Below, piece by piece: positions 10,601 through 20,190 of a DNA stretch of 64,000 nt; position 1 is the first letter of the stretch; every line of letters starts with the position of its first letter. Under the pieces are notes generated by a model, which made no database searches, was not told where the DNA came from, and saw nothing but the letters and a program-made list of their open reading frames with translations. The stretch covers positions 1,824,001 through 1,888,000 of the forward strand of contig OZ242351.1 in NCBI GenBank assembly GCA_965208675.1. The letters are read 5' to 3'. The position numbers and the translations under genes were made by a program. Source of the DNA: Candidatus Poribacteria bacterium. GTDB taxonomy: Bacteria > Poribacteria > WGA-4E > PCPOR2b.

Positions 10601-11481
10601 AACTGGTAGGCGCCGTGTCCTTCCAGCGTGAAATCCGGATGCGCGTTTGTCGTATTTACCCATTCATTAACCGGTTTTCCATCGACTACGGTGGTGTCGT
10701 TGGAATCCGCCTCAACCGAAAAGGTGTTCATGAACAACTCTTGCGCTTTCGATAGCCACCTTTCTGCATTGGGGTGGTTTGGATACAAGCTGGTTGCCCA
10801 AGCGAGTACCTCAGCGTTCAAGGCGTTGAGTTCAGCTTGGGTGTCTTCATATTCACGGGAAAACACCCGGTTTCCTAACTGGAAGTCCGCTTCATGAACA
10901 ACAACGCGCCGAATGGCATCAGTTTCCTCTTGGGTTAACTCATCCCAAATCAGGCGCGCCCCAGCCACAGCTTTAGAAATAACCCATGGCGACAACCACT
11001 GATGCGGCTGCGCCCCCCACTTTTCGCCGTCCGTACAGACGATGCCGCCGGTGACATGGGTCGCCGTAAAGTATCGAAGCGCCGCCCGCACACGATTCAA
11101 AAGCGTCTCTCGACTGATTTGCGGTGCAGTACGATTTCCTCCCGTTTCCGCCGCCAAAAGGCCGTATACGAAGATAAAATTAGCCAGTACGCGCATCTGA
11201 TTGTGGTCATGTACGCCGTTGCTGAAATATCCGAACTGGGAATCGCCCTGATAGCCGCTATGCCATTCTGATTCTGCGTAGGTCGGAAACCGTTCTAGAA
11301 ATGCAATGTAATCCGCATGATTGGGAAAGTCTGCACTTGGGTAAAAATGCTGAATTGGCGGGATAGCCCAAAGATTGAAAGGAGAGCCAAGTAGAGATGC
11401 TAGTAGAACAACTAAGATGGTAGGTAGTTTAGCATGAGACGATTTACAGCAGGTGGTGCCGGTTCTCTTCAAGGATTGCAT
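7660..11481 (-). CDS. Secreted multidomain protein: lyase-like alpha/beta N-terminal region + FGE-sulfatase (SUMF1-like) domain + dockerin/EF-hand-like repeats + FlgD-Ig sorting domain
   Basis: Signal peptide; MVLVPEGEFIMG..HPVVQVSYNDA..RLPTEAEWEKA..DMVGNVWE (FGE fold); DVNLDGVIDVADL and DVNRDGTVNVDDL; LLPNYPNPFNPETWIPYQL C-terminal domain; GGAG RBS before ATG 11481. Confidence 0.8.
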   Translation of the reverse strand: MQSLKRTGTTCCKSSHAKLPTILVVLLASLLGSPFNLWAIPPIQHFYPSADFPNHADYIAFLERFPTYAESEWHSGYQGDSQFGYFSNGVHDHNQMRVLANFIFVYGLLAAETGGNRTAPQISRETLLNRVRAALRYFTATHVTGGIVCTDGEKWGAQPHQWLSPWVISKAVAGARLIWDELTQEETDAIRRVVVHEADFQLGNRVFSREYEDTQAELNALNAEVLAWATSLYPNHPNAERWLSKAQELFMNTFSVEADSNDTTVVDGKPVNEWVNTTNAHPDFTLEGHGAYQFDYIAVPLHSLAWAYYAFVSNGQPVPQTLFHHLTDVWDTLKRTHLFSGRFAYFQGKDWGRHVYGPYFIIPALVMLENELGDSDARLIEQLRFRALAWEQQQNSGGSIFGARFANQRQGWPLIYETDSYANMGLAYLLHQFSPSIGAENVYTFQKKLEGSFHSEFCQYLFTRTENLFVSFSWQHLSGHYPMALFVPGDDNMVEWAKGNFIGNVFIKDTDTPPTLMHHNERFIEGGFVATGQLREGRRDNTDGLDHYISFTAMPEDGTALMMEYLVAREAIAVSAQAGLTYHLPNGIFNDNQRQIYSAGDAVFLSAGSSPGEDITIDSAWINIDDKLGIINVRNDGAFRIRPGRRNIWNGQITERIDYVPTSQPHFGAGEYEQGDIVREGSYLFISGDRDVTRSMVSKLQWLVTSDSLVKAVKLVTEESDRLIVANFNNGPVNAEIPFYSGTGASMHLPALDTVIHEGPLTEITHQKDDSTMVLVPEGEFIMGTSDSQLDEITRRNPALRELFKHEQPQHTVFLDAFYIDKYEVTNAQFEKFVNATGYITDAERENWGFVWEGGNVWPQIQGANWRAPLGHGSTIKDKMNHPVVQVSYNDAVAYTKWAGKRLPTEAEWEKASRGTDARIFPWGNEWDPTRLNSLELGPRTTTPVGSFPDGASPYGALDMVGNVWESVSDWYNHAYYSSLTEWNNPQGPAIGIHRAFRGACWMNKRHVTRCAHRDNHVSTPDFRIHLGGFRCAMSYSDFIERTQTVPQDSANPEDVNLDGVIDVADLVIAGMQYGQTPPENPAADVNRDGTVNVDDLIQISERLGENTTAPSAPSKMHGVLSNLPNIRQPELLPEGGIAAIQHALAELEALTNPAPAAITARNLLRAWLTQRQSAAVETKLLPNYPNPFNPETWIPYQLASDASVEISIYDFDGAIVRQLRLGHQRAGYYIDRQRAAFWDGRSEAGERVASGLYFYQLRAGDYVSVKRMVIVK

Positions 11482-11654
11482 CAAGTGCTCCAAGATTTTA
11501 TGCGCTATTCGGATTATTTTTGCATATAAGCCCAGTAAAGTCAAGAATGGAATTCGGCTCTGTAGATTTGCGCAGCGTAATCATGGACGATATTACTTAA
11601 TAGTGATCGTGCACTCATAGGATTTGCCGCAATTCCCGATTCGCCAATCCCAAC

Positions 11655-11684
11655 TTGCCAAGCTAAACGCCTTCATGCTATAAT
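11655..11684 (+). promoter_or_regulatory. sigma70-type promoter for argH-pyrF-pyrE
   Basis: TTGCCA-18 nt-TATAAT with extended TG. Confidence 0.55.
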
Positions 11685-11782
11685 ACTTTGCGCATTTTTC
11701 GCCAAGAAATTTTAGCCGGAATAGACCAAACTAAAATGCGTGCGCCGAATAAAGTCATTGATGGCTCCGCCATATCGGAAGA

Positions 11783-13297
11783 ATGAAAAGTTCGAATAAA
11801 CTGTGGGGCGGGCGGTTCCGCTCAGACCTCGCCGCTAAAACCGAAGACTTTACGCAATCAATTGAAGTTGATTCTCGCTTAGTTGCGCACGACATCTGGG
11901 GGAGCCAAGCCCATGCAATCATGCTGGCGTATCAGGGCATCATATCTGATGTAGACCTTCAACATATCTTAACCGGGTTGCACAAAGCCGAAACAGATTT
12001 CCGCAAAGGGACGTTCCGCCTCGAACCTGAAAAGGAAGATGTCCACTTGAACGTAGAGGGGTACCTTATCAGTCAAACTGGACCCGAATTTGGCGGAAAA
12101 CTGCATACGGCGCGCTCCCGGAATGATCAGATACTTGCCGATGCCCGCCTATACATTCGGGAGCAGCTCCTCCAGTGCCAAGGCGGTTTGTCTCGTCTAT
12201 GCCGCCGATTCTTAGCAGTTGCAAAAGCGCACCCCGATACAGTGATGCCGGGCTACACCCATACGCAGCATGCCCAGCCAATCAGCCTCGGTTTTTGGGC
12301 AACCGCCTACGTCAGCATGTTTCTGCGCGATTGCAAACGCTTGAACACAGCTTATGAAATCGTGAATGTTAATCCGCTCGGCGCATGTGCGCTAGCCGGT
12401 ACGTCTTTCCCAATCGATCGCTGCTTGACAGCGGAGTTACTCGGTTTTGATTCCGTGCAGGAACACGCTCTGGATGTCATCAGCTCCCGCGATTTCATCG
12501 CCGAGCCGCTCTGTGCTTTGGCGGTGCTAATGGCAAACCTCTCTCGATTCAGCGAGGAACTTGTATATTGGACATCTTACGAATTCGGCATGGCTGTGCT
12601 AAATGATGCTTATGCGTCCGGCAGCTCGATTATGCCTCAGAAAAAAAACCCTGACCTCGCCGAACTCATACGCGGGCGCACCGGCCGCATCTACGGTGCG
12701 CTTATGGATCACCTGACTAACCTCAAGGGGTTGCCGATGGGTTATAACCGCGACCTGCAAGAAGACAAACCGCCGTTGTGGGATGCCTTTGACATCGTCC
12801 AATCTTGCTTGGGAATACTGCCTGACATTCTGAACACGCTTGATTACCAAACAGACCGAATGGAAGCGTTGGCAAACGCCAACTTTGCAACTGCGACAGA
12901 ACTGGCAAATTATCTTGTTCGTGAATGCGGCATTGCGTTTCGCGAGTGCCACGAAATTGTTGGCGGCGTCGTTGGCGATCTGGTGAAGATGGACAAGCCT
13001 TTTCAAGACTGGGAGGAAACCCAAAGACTGTTGCAACAACGAGGCGTCACACTGTCGATTCCAAAACTCCAAGCTATTCTCGATCCAAAGCGCGCTCTTC
13101 GTAATTACCAGAGCCTTGGGAGCACATCGCCCGATGAAGTCAAGCGGATGACCGGTGAATTTGAGGAAAAGTTGGACGAAATTGACGCGCAGATTGAAAC
13201 TCGGCAAGCTGCGATTCAGGCGGTGCACGAACGCACCCGCCAAATCGTCGAACGGGTGCTGGCAGGCGAACCGATTGGGGAGGTCTTGCCCGAATAA
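11783..13297 (+). CDS. argH: Argininosuccinate lyase
   Basis: KLWGGRF, HTARSRNDQ, PGYTHTQHAQP, SGSSIMPQKKNPD, YNRDLQEDK. Confidence 0.97.
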   Translation: MKSSNKLWGGRFRSDLAAKTEDFTQSIEVDSRLVAHDIWGSQAHAIMLAYQGIISDVDLQHILTGLHKAETDFRKGTFRLEPEKEDVHLNVEGYLISQTGPEFGGKLHTARSRNDQILADARLYIREQLLQCQGGLSRLCRRFLAVAKAHPDTVMPGYTHTQHAQPISLGFWATAYVSMFLRDCKRLNTAYEIVNVNPLGACALAGTSFPIDRCLTAELLGFDSVQEHALDVISSRDFIAEPLCALAVLMANLSRFSEELVYWTSYEFGMAVLNDAYASGSSIMPQKKNPDLAELIRGRTGRIYGALMDHLTNLKGLPMGYNRDLQEDKPPLWDAFDIVQSCLGILPDILNTLDYQTDRMEALANANFATATELANYLVRECGIAFRECHEIVGGVVGDLVKMDKPFQDWEETQRLLQQRGVTLSIPKLQAILDPKRALRNYQSLGSTSPDEVKRMTGEFEEKLDEIDAQIETRQAAIQAVHERTRQIVERVLAGEPIGEVLPE

Positions 13298-13354
13298 CGA
13301 ATCGACATTCCCGGGCGAGGTGAACGCCTTTCAAACACTAACGCAAATCAATTG

Positions 13355-14092
13355 ATGAAACCGGATATTCCTGAAAATAGACTCATCGTCCCGTTAGATG
13401 TCGATAGTTTGGCGGATGCGAATCGAATTGCCGCACAGCTATTCGATCGTGTGAAAACGTTCAAGGTTGGCAAACAACTTTTCACGGCTGCCGGTCCCGC
13501 TGCTGTCAAGAGATTGATTGAGGAGAAAAAGGCGGTTTTTTTAGACCTTAAATTCCACGACATCCCCAACACCGTTGCGGGGGCAGTTGCATCGGCAACA
13601 AAAATTGGCGCGGAGATGATTAACATGCACGCTTCAGGCGGGTTTCAAATGATGCGCGCCGCAAGGGAAACCGCCGAAAGAACAGCATCGGAACTGGATA
13701 TTCCTCCTCCGACGCTCTTGGGGGTGACTATCCTCACGAGCGTTGATGAGGCAACTTTCCAGTGCGACTTTGGAACGAATCGCAGGCTGAAGGATCAGGT
13801 CGCTTATCTCGCGGAAATCTCTCAATCCGCCGGCTTGCATGGCGTGGTTGCCTCGCCGTTAGAAATTAGACGGGTTCGCGAGGTTTGCGGCGGCGATTTT
13901 GTCATTGTTACGCCCGGTATTCGCCCAAAATGGGCACGGCGCGGAGATCAGCGGCGCATCATGACGCCCGTAGAAGCCATTGCGGAGGGCGCGAACTATA
14001 TCGTTGTTGGGCGCCCAATTACTGCGTCCAATCGACCACTTGAGGCAGCAAACGCAATTATTGGTGAAATTAAGCAGGCTGAAGAAGGATGA
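13355..14092 (+). CDS. pyrF: Orotidine-5'-phosphate decarboxylase
   Basis: FLDLKFHDIPNTV, VTPGIRP, DQRRIMTP, YIVVGRPI. Confidence 0.97.
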   Translation: MKPDIPENRLIVPLDVDSLADANRIAAQLFDRVKTFKVGKQLFTAAGPAAVKRLIEEKKAVFLDLKFHDIPNTVAGAVASATKIGAEMINMHASGGFQMMRAARETAERTASELDIPPPTLLGVTILTSVDEATFQCDFGTNRRLKDQVAYLAEISQSAGLHGVVASPLEIRRVREVCGGDFVIVTPGIRPKWARRGDQRRIMTPVEAIAEGANYIVVGRPITASNRPLEAANAIIGEIKQAEEG

Positions 14093-14213
14093 AAGAGACG
14101 TGGATGTGAGATTCCCTTCCGTCTAATCTAATCATAATCCTCCACGCCTTTCGTCAATCGGAGGTAAAGTCCGGGAATACGTGCCTTATTCAGCTCAATT
14201 ACACTGGACAACT

Positions 14214-14774
14214 ATGCTCAATCAAGACCAAGTTTTAGAAATCTTTCAATTTTCGGGTGCATTACTAGCCGGGCATTTCCAACTTAGATCTGGACTGCAT
14301 AGCGATCGTTTTTTACAAACTGCCGTTGTCCTGCAACATCCGGCGTATACTTCAGCAATTGGCACCGAGATTGCGGAGCGAGTAAGGGCGTACAGCGCTA
14401 ATATTGTGATCGGTCCCGCAATCGGCGGGGTGATTTTGGCGTACGACGTGGCGCGGGTATTGGGTGCCCGCGCCATGTTCGGCGAGAAGAACGGCGATCA
14501 GATGACGCTTCGGCCGGGGTTTAATATTGAACCCCGCGATCGGATTGTCGTCGTAGATGATGTTCTGACAACGGGCGGGTCGGTGTTCAAATTAGTAAAT
14601 CTTTGCCGCCGATACGGCGCGCAGGTCGTCGTGACAGCATTTATCGTTGACCGCAGCACAACGCCAATTGACTTTGGCGTTCCGACAATTTCCCTCGCGG
14701 CAATCGATATTGCCACATATGCGTCCGATGAATGCCCTATGTGCCGGCAAGGCATTCCCCTAGTTGAACCCTAA
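14214..14774 (+). CDS. pyrE: Orotate phosphoribosyltransferase
   Basis: GHFQLRSGLHS, VVVDDVLTTGGS PRPP motif, adjacent to pyrF. Confidence 0.93.
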   Translation: MLNQDQVLEIFQFSGALLAGHFQLRSGLHSDRFLQTAVVLQHPAYTSAIGTEIAERVRAYSANIVIGPAIGGVILAYDVARVLGARAMFGEKNGDQMTLRPGFNIEPRDRIVVVDDVLTTGGSVFKLVNLCRRYGAQVVVTAFIVDRSTTPIDFGVPTISLAAIDIATYASDECPMCRQGIPLVEP

Positions 14775-14785
14775 TTCCGGGAATG

Positions 14786-14805
14786 ACCCCGCTGCACGGG
14801 GTTTT
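14786..14805 (+). terminator. Intrinsic terminator after pyrE
   Basis: ACCCCG-CTGCA-CGGGGT followed by TTT. Confidence 0.5.
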
Positions 14806-14891
14806 GTGGAAAGGTGCAATAACAGTATGAAGAAACGATTTCACCGCGGCCGCTATATCTTTGACATTAGCAATGCACGCAAATCCAAAAC

Positions 14892-16685
14892 ATGAAGCAG
14901 AGAATACGAAACTTTTGTATTTTGGGGCACATAGATCACGGGAAAAGTACTCTGAGTGATCGCCTTTTGGAATACACCGGTACCTTGACGCAGCGCCAGA
15001 TGCGGGATCAGGTGCTCGATTTGATGGACCTGGAACGCGAACGCGGGATTACGATTAAGGCAACGGTTGTCAGACTGGAGTATCGCGCCGCAGATGGCGA
15101 AGTTTACGAACTAAATCTGATTGATACTCCCGGTCACGTGGATTTTACCTACGAGGTCTCAAGGAGTTTAGCCGCGTGCGACGGCGCACTCTTGATTGTC
15201 GATGCCGCCCAAGGGGTTGAAGCTCAGACCTTGGCAAATGCATATCTTGCTATAGATCAAAACCTTGAAATTGTGCCCGTTATCAACAAAATCGATCTTC
15301 CGATTGCACGGCCCGATGCCGTGAAACGTGAGATTGAGGAAATCATCGGGCTGCCCGCTGAAGATGCAATTTTAGTCAGCGCAAAACAGGGTGTTGGGAC
15401 ACACGAGGTATTGGAGGCAATCGTTAGTCACATTCCGCCGCCCCAAGGAGATACTAATGCGCCCTTAAAGGCGTTGGTGATAGACTCGCTATACGATAGC
15501 TACCGGGGTGTTGTTATGTATGTCCGCGTCTTTGACGGCACGGTCAAGACGGGGGACGGCATTCGGTTGATGGCGACCGGAAAATCTTACGAAGTTGAAG
15601 AAGTCGGCGTATTTCTGCCAACTATGGAACCGGTTAGTCAGCTCTCGACCGGCTCCGTCGGTTATGTAATCGCTTCAGTTCGGGAGATTGCGGATGCAAA
15701 GATTGGGGATACAATCACCCATCAGGACAGAGCGGCGCCGAAAGCGTTGCCCGGCTATCGTGAACTCAACCCCCTAGTGTTTTGCGGGCTTTATCCGGCG
15801 GATGCCGGTGAATTTGTCCAGCTCCGGGAAGCGCTGGAAAAGCTAAGGCTAAACGATGCATCATTCACTTTTGAGCCCGAAAGTTCCGTTGCGCTCGGCT
15901 TTGGTTTTCGATGCGGTTTCTTGGGGCTGTTGCACATGGAGATTATCCAGGAACGCCTCGAACGCGAATTTGATTTGTCTCTTATCCGCACTTCCCCCAG
16001 CGTCCGCTATCATGTCTTCCAAACGAATGGAAAACGCCTTGTGGTCGATAACCCCGCCCAAATGCCGCCTCCGGACAAAATTGACCACATTGATGAACCG
16101 CACATCACTGCCGACATTATCGTTTGGAAGGACTATATCGGATCAGTAATGGATTTGTGCCAGAAACGGCGAGGACGTTTTATTCAAATGAATCAGCTCG
16201 ATCAATCCCGCGTACAGGTGATTTACGATCTGCCGTTAGGCGAGATTCTCATTGATTTCTACGATAAACTTAAATCTGCAACGCGCGGCTACGGTTCGCT
16301 AGAATATGACATCGGCGAATATCAGCCTGCGGATTTGGTGAAATTGGAAATTCTGCTCCACGGTAAAGCGGTCGATGCCCTATCGACAATCCTTCATCGT
16401 GACATGGCATACGCCCGTGGCAGAGCTTTGGTCGAGAAGTTGCATGAGTTGATTCCGCGCCAGATGTTTGAGGCGCCAATTCAAGCGGCAATTGGCAACC
16501 GAGTGATTGCGCGAGAAACCATTCGTGCTCTACGCAAAAATGTCACTGCTAAGCTCTATGGCGGCGATGTGACGCGCAAGCGTAAGTTATTGGAACGGCA
16601 GAAGGAAGGCAAAAAACGCATGAAACAGGTTGGCAGTGTCGAAGTGCCTCAAGAAGCGTTCATGGCGATTCTTTCAATTGAGTAG
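14892..16685 (+). CDS. lepA: Elongation factor 4 (LepA)
   Basis: [57 protein letters not shown]. Confidence 0.98.
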   Translation: MKQRIRNFCILGHIDHGKSTLSDRLLEYTGTLTQRQMRDQVLDLMDLERERGITIKATVVRLEYRAADGEVYELNLIDTPGHVDFTYEVSRSLAACDGALLIVDAAQGVEAQTLANAYLAIDQNLEIVPVINKIDLPIARPDAVKREIEEIIGLPAEDAILVSAKQGVGTHEVLEAIVSHIPPPQGDTNAPLKALVIDSLYDSYRGVVMYVRVFDGTVKTGDGIRLMATGKSYEVEEVGVFLPTMEPVSQLSTGSVGYVIASVREIADAKIGDTITHQDRAAPKALPGYRELNPLVFCGLYPADAGEFVQLREALEKLRLNDASFTFEPESSVALGFGFRCGFLGLLHMEIIQERLEREFDLSLIRTSPSVRYHVFQTNGKRLVVDNPAQMPPPDKIDHIDEPHITADIIVWKDYIGSVMDLCQKRRGRFIQMNQLDQSRVQVIYDLPLGEILIDFYDKLKSATRGYGSLEYDIGEYQPADLVKLEILLHGKAVDALSTILHRDMAYARGRALVEKLHELIPRQMFEAPIQAAIGNRVIARETIRALRKNVTAKLYGGDVTRKRKLLERQKEGKKRMKQVGSVEVPQEAFMAILSIE

Positions 16686-16869
16686 TAAAGAAGCGGAGAG
16701 GAATGCTAGCACGCCGCTGAATCAGTTTAGAATGGAAACGTGCAGGCCTGAGAGATTTAAGTTTCTCCCGCAATTCTCACGGTTCACATTCCGCATCTTT
16801 CATAAACGCCGGTTTCTTGTATTAATTTTTTTTGCACTGATATTGCTTATTATTGGAGGAATTTTATTG

Positions 16870-17709
16870 ATGAATACAGATACAAAAGACACAAAGGAAA
16901 ACCTTTCGCGATGGCAGCGATTCCAGCAGACCGTGGTAAGAGAGTATCTTCAGGTCATCATCGTTGCCTTCGTTCTGGTTTTTGGGTTTATTCGCCCCTT
17001 TGTCGTCGAAGCATTCAAAATCCCATCGGGTTCCATGGAGGACACTCTGCTCGTTGGCGATCATCTCCTCGTCTGTAAGTTCATCTACGGAATAAAAATT
17101 CCATGTACAGAGATGGAGTTCCTTAACTTCCATAAACCGGCGCGGGGAGATGTTTTCGTTTTTATCCCGCCCCACGAGCGGACAAAGAATTTCATCAAGC
17201 GAATTGTTGCTGTTGAAGGCGATGAGGTTGAAACGAAGGGAGATCAGCTCTACGTCAATGGGCGGGCAATTGACGATGCAAATTACACCAAGCACGTTCC
17301 ATTTCCCGCGCAGGACTTTCCACCCTTCAATGCAAACGGAGTGAAAAGCGGTATGCTATCTATGGATAAGTTTCCATCCTTCAGCGCCCAAGAAGAATTT
17401 GACAGCGCCTTTTCAGATTACAAGCTGTCACGCAACCAGTTCCACATGAAATTTCCGATAGGTAAACCGTATGTCGTCCCGAAAGGGTACGTTTTTGCGA
17501 TGGGAGACAATCGGAACCAGAGCCAAGATAGCCGCACCTGGGGACCTGTGTCGGTGAAGGACATAAAAGGACAGGCATTCATGGTCTTCTGGTCACACGA
17601 AATTAGGAGCCGCGCAAAGCCTTGGGAGGTCTGGAAGATTTTCGGAGACGTCAGATTCGGCAGAATCGGTAAATTAATCCGGTCGGAATTTGATGGCAGT
17701 GAAGAGTAA
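16870..17709 (+). CDS. lepB: Signal peptidase I, copy 1 (alternative upstream start 16732)
   Basis: IPSGSMEDTL (Ser), FIKRIVA (Lys), GDNRNQSQDSR; follows lepA; GGAGG RBS. Confidence 0.92.
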   Translation: MNTDTKDTKENLSRWQRFQQTVVREYLQVIIVAFVLVFGFIRPFVVEAFKIPSGSMEDTLLVGDHLLVCKFIYGIKIPCTEMEFLNFHKPARGDVFVFIPPHERTKNFIKRIVAVEGDEVETKGDQLYVNGRAIDDANYTKHVPFPAQDFPPFNANGVKSGMLSMDKFPSFSAQEEFDSAFSDYKLSRNQFHMKFPIGKPYVVPKGYVFAMGDNRNQSQDSRTWGPVSVKDIKGQAFMVFWSHEIRSRAKPWEVWKIFGDVRFGRIGKLIRSEFDGSEE

Positions 17710-17867
17710 GGAGCGAACACGAGCAAGCAATGGAAGCGCGGAGACGTGAGAGGCTAAAGCTCGTCCTTCAATTCTCACGGTTTACATTCCGCTTCTTTCA
17801 TAAACGCCGGTTTCTTGTATTAATTTTTTTTGCACTGATATTGCTTATTATTGGAGGAATTTTATTG

Positions 17868-18707
17868 ATGAATACAGATACAAACGACACAAAGGAAAAC
17901 CTTTCGCGATGGCAGCGATTCCAGCAGACCGTGGTATGGGAGTATCTACAAGTCATCATTGTCGCTTTCGTTCTCGTTTTTGGGTTTATTCGCCCCTTTG
18001 TTGTCGAAGCATTCAAAATCCCTTCGGGTTCAATGGAGAACACACTGCTTGTCGGCGATCGTATCCTCGTCTGCAAGTTCATCTACGGAATTAAAGTCCC
18101 CGGTACGGACATTGAACTCCTTAACTTTCATAAACCGGCGCGGGGAGATGTCTTTGTCTTTATTCCGCCCCACGAGCGCGCAAAGAATTTCATCAAGCGC
18201 ATTGTCGCTGTCGAAGGTGATGAGATTGAAACCAGGGGTGATAGGCTTTACGTCAACGGCCGCGCAATCGACGATAGCAGTTACACCAAGCACGTTCCGT
18301 TTCCCACGCCCGACTTTCCACCGTTCCACGCAAAAGGGGTGAGAAGCGGTATGCTATCCGTGGATAAATTTCCAACCTTCGACGCCCAAGAAGATTTTGA
18401 AGGTTTATTTTCAGACTACAAGCTTTCACCGAATCAGTTCCGCCTGAAATTTCCAATGGGCAAACCGTTTAAAGTCCCGAAGGGTTATGTCTTTGCGATG
18501 GGTGACAATCGAGATCAGAGTCAAGATAGCCGTACGTGGGGACCGGTTTCTGTAAGGGACATCAAGGGCCAGGCGTTCTTGGTCTACTGGTCGCACGATA
18601 GCAGAAATCGTACAAAGCCTTGGCAGATTTGGAAGATTATCGGAGATATACGATTTAGCAGAATCGGCAAATTAATTCGGTCGGAATTCGAAGCGAGCAA
18701 AGAGTGA
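17868..18707 (+). CDS. lepB: Signal peptidase I, copy 2 (alternative upstream start 17730)
   Basis: IPSGSMENTL, FIKRIVA, GDNRDQSQDSR; tandem paralog at 998-nt offset. Confidence 0.92.
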   Translation: MNTDTNDTKENLSRWQRFQQTVVWEYLQVIIVAFVLVFGFIRPFVVEAFKIPSGSMENTLLVGDRILVCKFIYGIKVPGTDIELLNFHKPARGDVFVFIPPHERAKNFIKRIVAVEGDEIETRGDRLYVNGRAIDDSSYTKHVPFPTPDFPPFHAKGVRSGMLSVDKFPTFDAQEDFEGLFSDYKLSPNQFRLKFPMGKPFKVPKGYVFAMGDNRDQSQDSRTWGPVSVRDIKGQAFLVYWSHDSRNRTKPWQIWKIIGDIRFSRIGKLIRSEFEASKE

Positions 18708-18799
18708 CGCGTGAAGACTAAAGTAGTTGGATTCAAGAGTTTTACGGCATTTCATGTTCAATTCAGCTCCGTTTCGTTCAAATTGGAGGCAAACTCCCA

Positions 18800-19897
18800 T
18801 TGTCCGTTGCAGTCTGTCTAGAACGTGTTGTTAAAGCCTTCGATACCACCGTCGCTGTAAACGATGTCAGCCTTGAGATTCGGGAAGGCGAGCTGTTTTT
18901 TCTGCTGGGACCGTCAGGCTGCGGCAAGACAACCTGTTTGCGGGTTATCGCCGGATTCTATGAACCTGACGTTGGAGAATTGCGGTTCGGCGATCGGGTC
19001 ATGAATAGAGTGCCGCCTCATAAGCGAAACACCGGGATGGTATTTCAAAACTATGCGCTTTGGCCGCACATGAATGTTTATGAAAATGTTGAATACGGTT
19101 TGACAATCCGTAAGGTCGATAAGGAAGCCCGCAAGGATAAGGTGGCGGAGGTGCTTGATGTCGTACGTATGCCGGAGTATGCCGACCGCCCCGTCAATAA
19201 ACTCTCTGGCGGACAGCAACAGCGGATTGCCTTGGCGCGTGCGTTGGTGGTTGAGCCAGACGTGTTGCTGCTGGATGAGCCGCTCAGCAACCTCGATGCA
19301 AAACTTCGCCTTGAGATGCGGCACGAAATTAAGCGGATACATTCACAAGCGAACATTACGGCAATCTACGTCACGCACGATCAGCACGAAGCCCTCTCCC
19401 TGGCCGATCGGATGGCAATCATGAATGACGGGGCAATCGTACAAATTGGCGCGCCGCGCGAGGTCTATCGCGCGCCTGCAAACGCTTTTGTCGCTAGCTT
19501 CATTGGCGAGACGAATTTCATTGAAGGCCGGATTAGCGCACTGTTGAACGGAGCCGCCGAAATTGAAACGGCGGTGGGGATTCTTCACACGACAACAATC
19601 TATCACGAATTTGCCAACGGGGAAAACGTGACCTGTTCTATCCGTCCCGAATCCATCCATATCCACGATGAAATGCCGTCGGGTGTTCCGAATGGTCTGA
19701 GCGCAAAGGTCGTTGAGGCAACCTATCTCGGCCGTATTGAGGAATACCAGCTTGCGCTCAACGGCAAATTTAAAGCCAAGGCAAGTCTTTACAATCCTGG
19801 GCGGCAAGGCAAGGCGGTCGGCGAGACAATCCATTGTTGCATCCATCCGGAAGATGTAATCCCGCTGCCGGTAGACGAACGGTTAAGCGATACTTAA
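18800..19897 (+). CDS. ABC transporter ATP-binding protein (PotA/FbpC-like, TOBE domain)
   Basis: GPSGCGKTT, LSGGQQQRIALARAL, LLLDEPLSNLD, YVTHDQ; GGAGG + TTG start. Confidence 0.92.
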   Translation: MSVAVCLERVVKAFDTTVAVNDVSLEIREGELFFLLGPSGCGKTTCLRVIAGFYEPDVGELRFGDRVMNRVPPHKRNTGMVFQNYALWPHMNVYENVEYGLTIRKVDKEARKDKVAEVLDVVRMPEYADRPVNKLSGGQQQRIALARALVVEPDVLLLDEPLSNLDAKLRLEMRHEIKRIHSQANITAIYVTHDQHEALSLADRMAIMNDGAIVQIGAPREVYRAPANAFVASFIGETNFIEGRISALLNGAAEIETAVGILHTTTIYHEFANGENVTCSIRPESIHIHDEMPSGVPNGLSAKVVEATYLGRIEEYQLALNGKFKAKASLYNPGRQGKAVGETIHCCIHPEDVIPLPVDERLSDT

Positions 19898-20006
19898 CCA
19901 TGGATCTGCGAAATTCCAGAAACCGTTAGACTTTGCAATCGCCAACTTGCATACAGAAACTCGCAATGCTTTACTCCCGCTCACTAGCAGAGCAGAATGC
20001 AACTTG

Positions 20007-20041
20007 AAACCGAGATTTTTCTTGAGGACTCGGTTTATTTT
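20007..20041 (+). terminator. Hairpin/terminator or short palindromic repeat
   Basis: AAACCGAG...CTCGGTTT followed by a T-rich run. Confidence 0.4.
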
Positions 20042-20138
20042 ACGGAGCGGCGTACGCAAACCACTTCTTTATGACCGTCGACTTGCATTTCCATGCCCTA
20101 ATTGATACCAGGCGATTGTATACTTCGGGCAAGATTAT

Positions 20139-20168
20139 TTGACACGTTGCTCAAGTACAAGTTATAAT
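20139..20168 (+). promoter_or_regulatory. sigma70-type promoter
   Basis: TTGACA-18 nt-TATAAT. Confidence 0.6.
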
Positions 20169-20190
20169 TCCATTGGGCGGCAATAACAAA

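Noticed and set aside
16630-16731. Long N-terminal extension of lepB copy 1
   Set aside because: Overlaps the lepA 3' end, lacks an RBS and has no counterpart in copy 2
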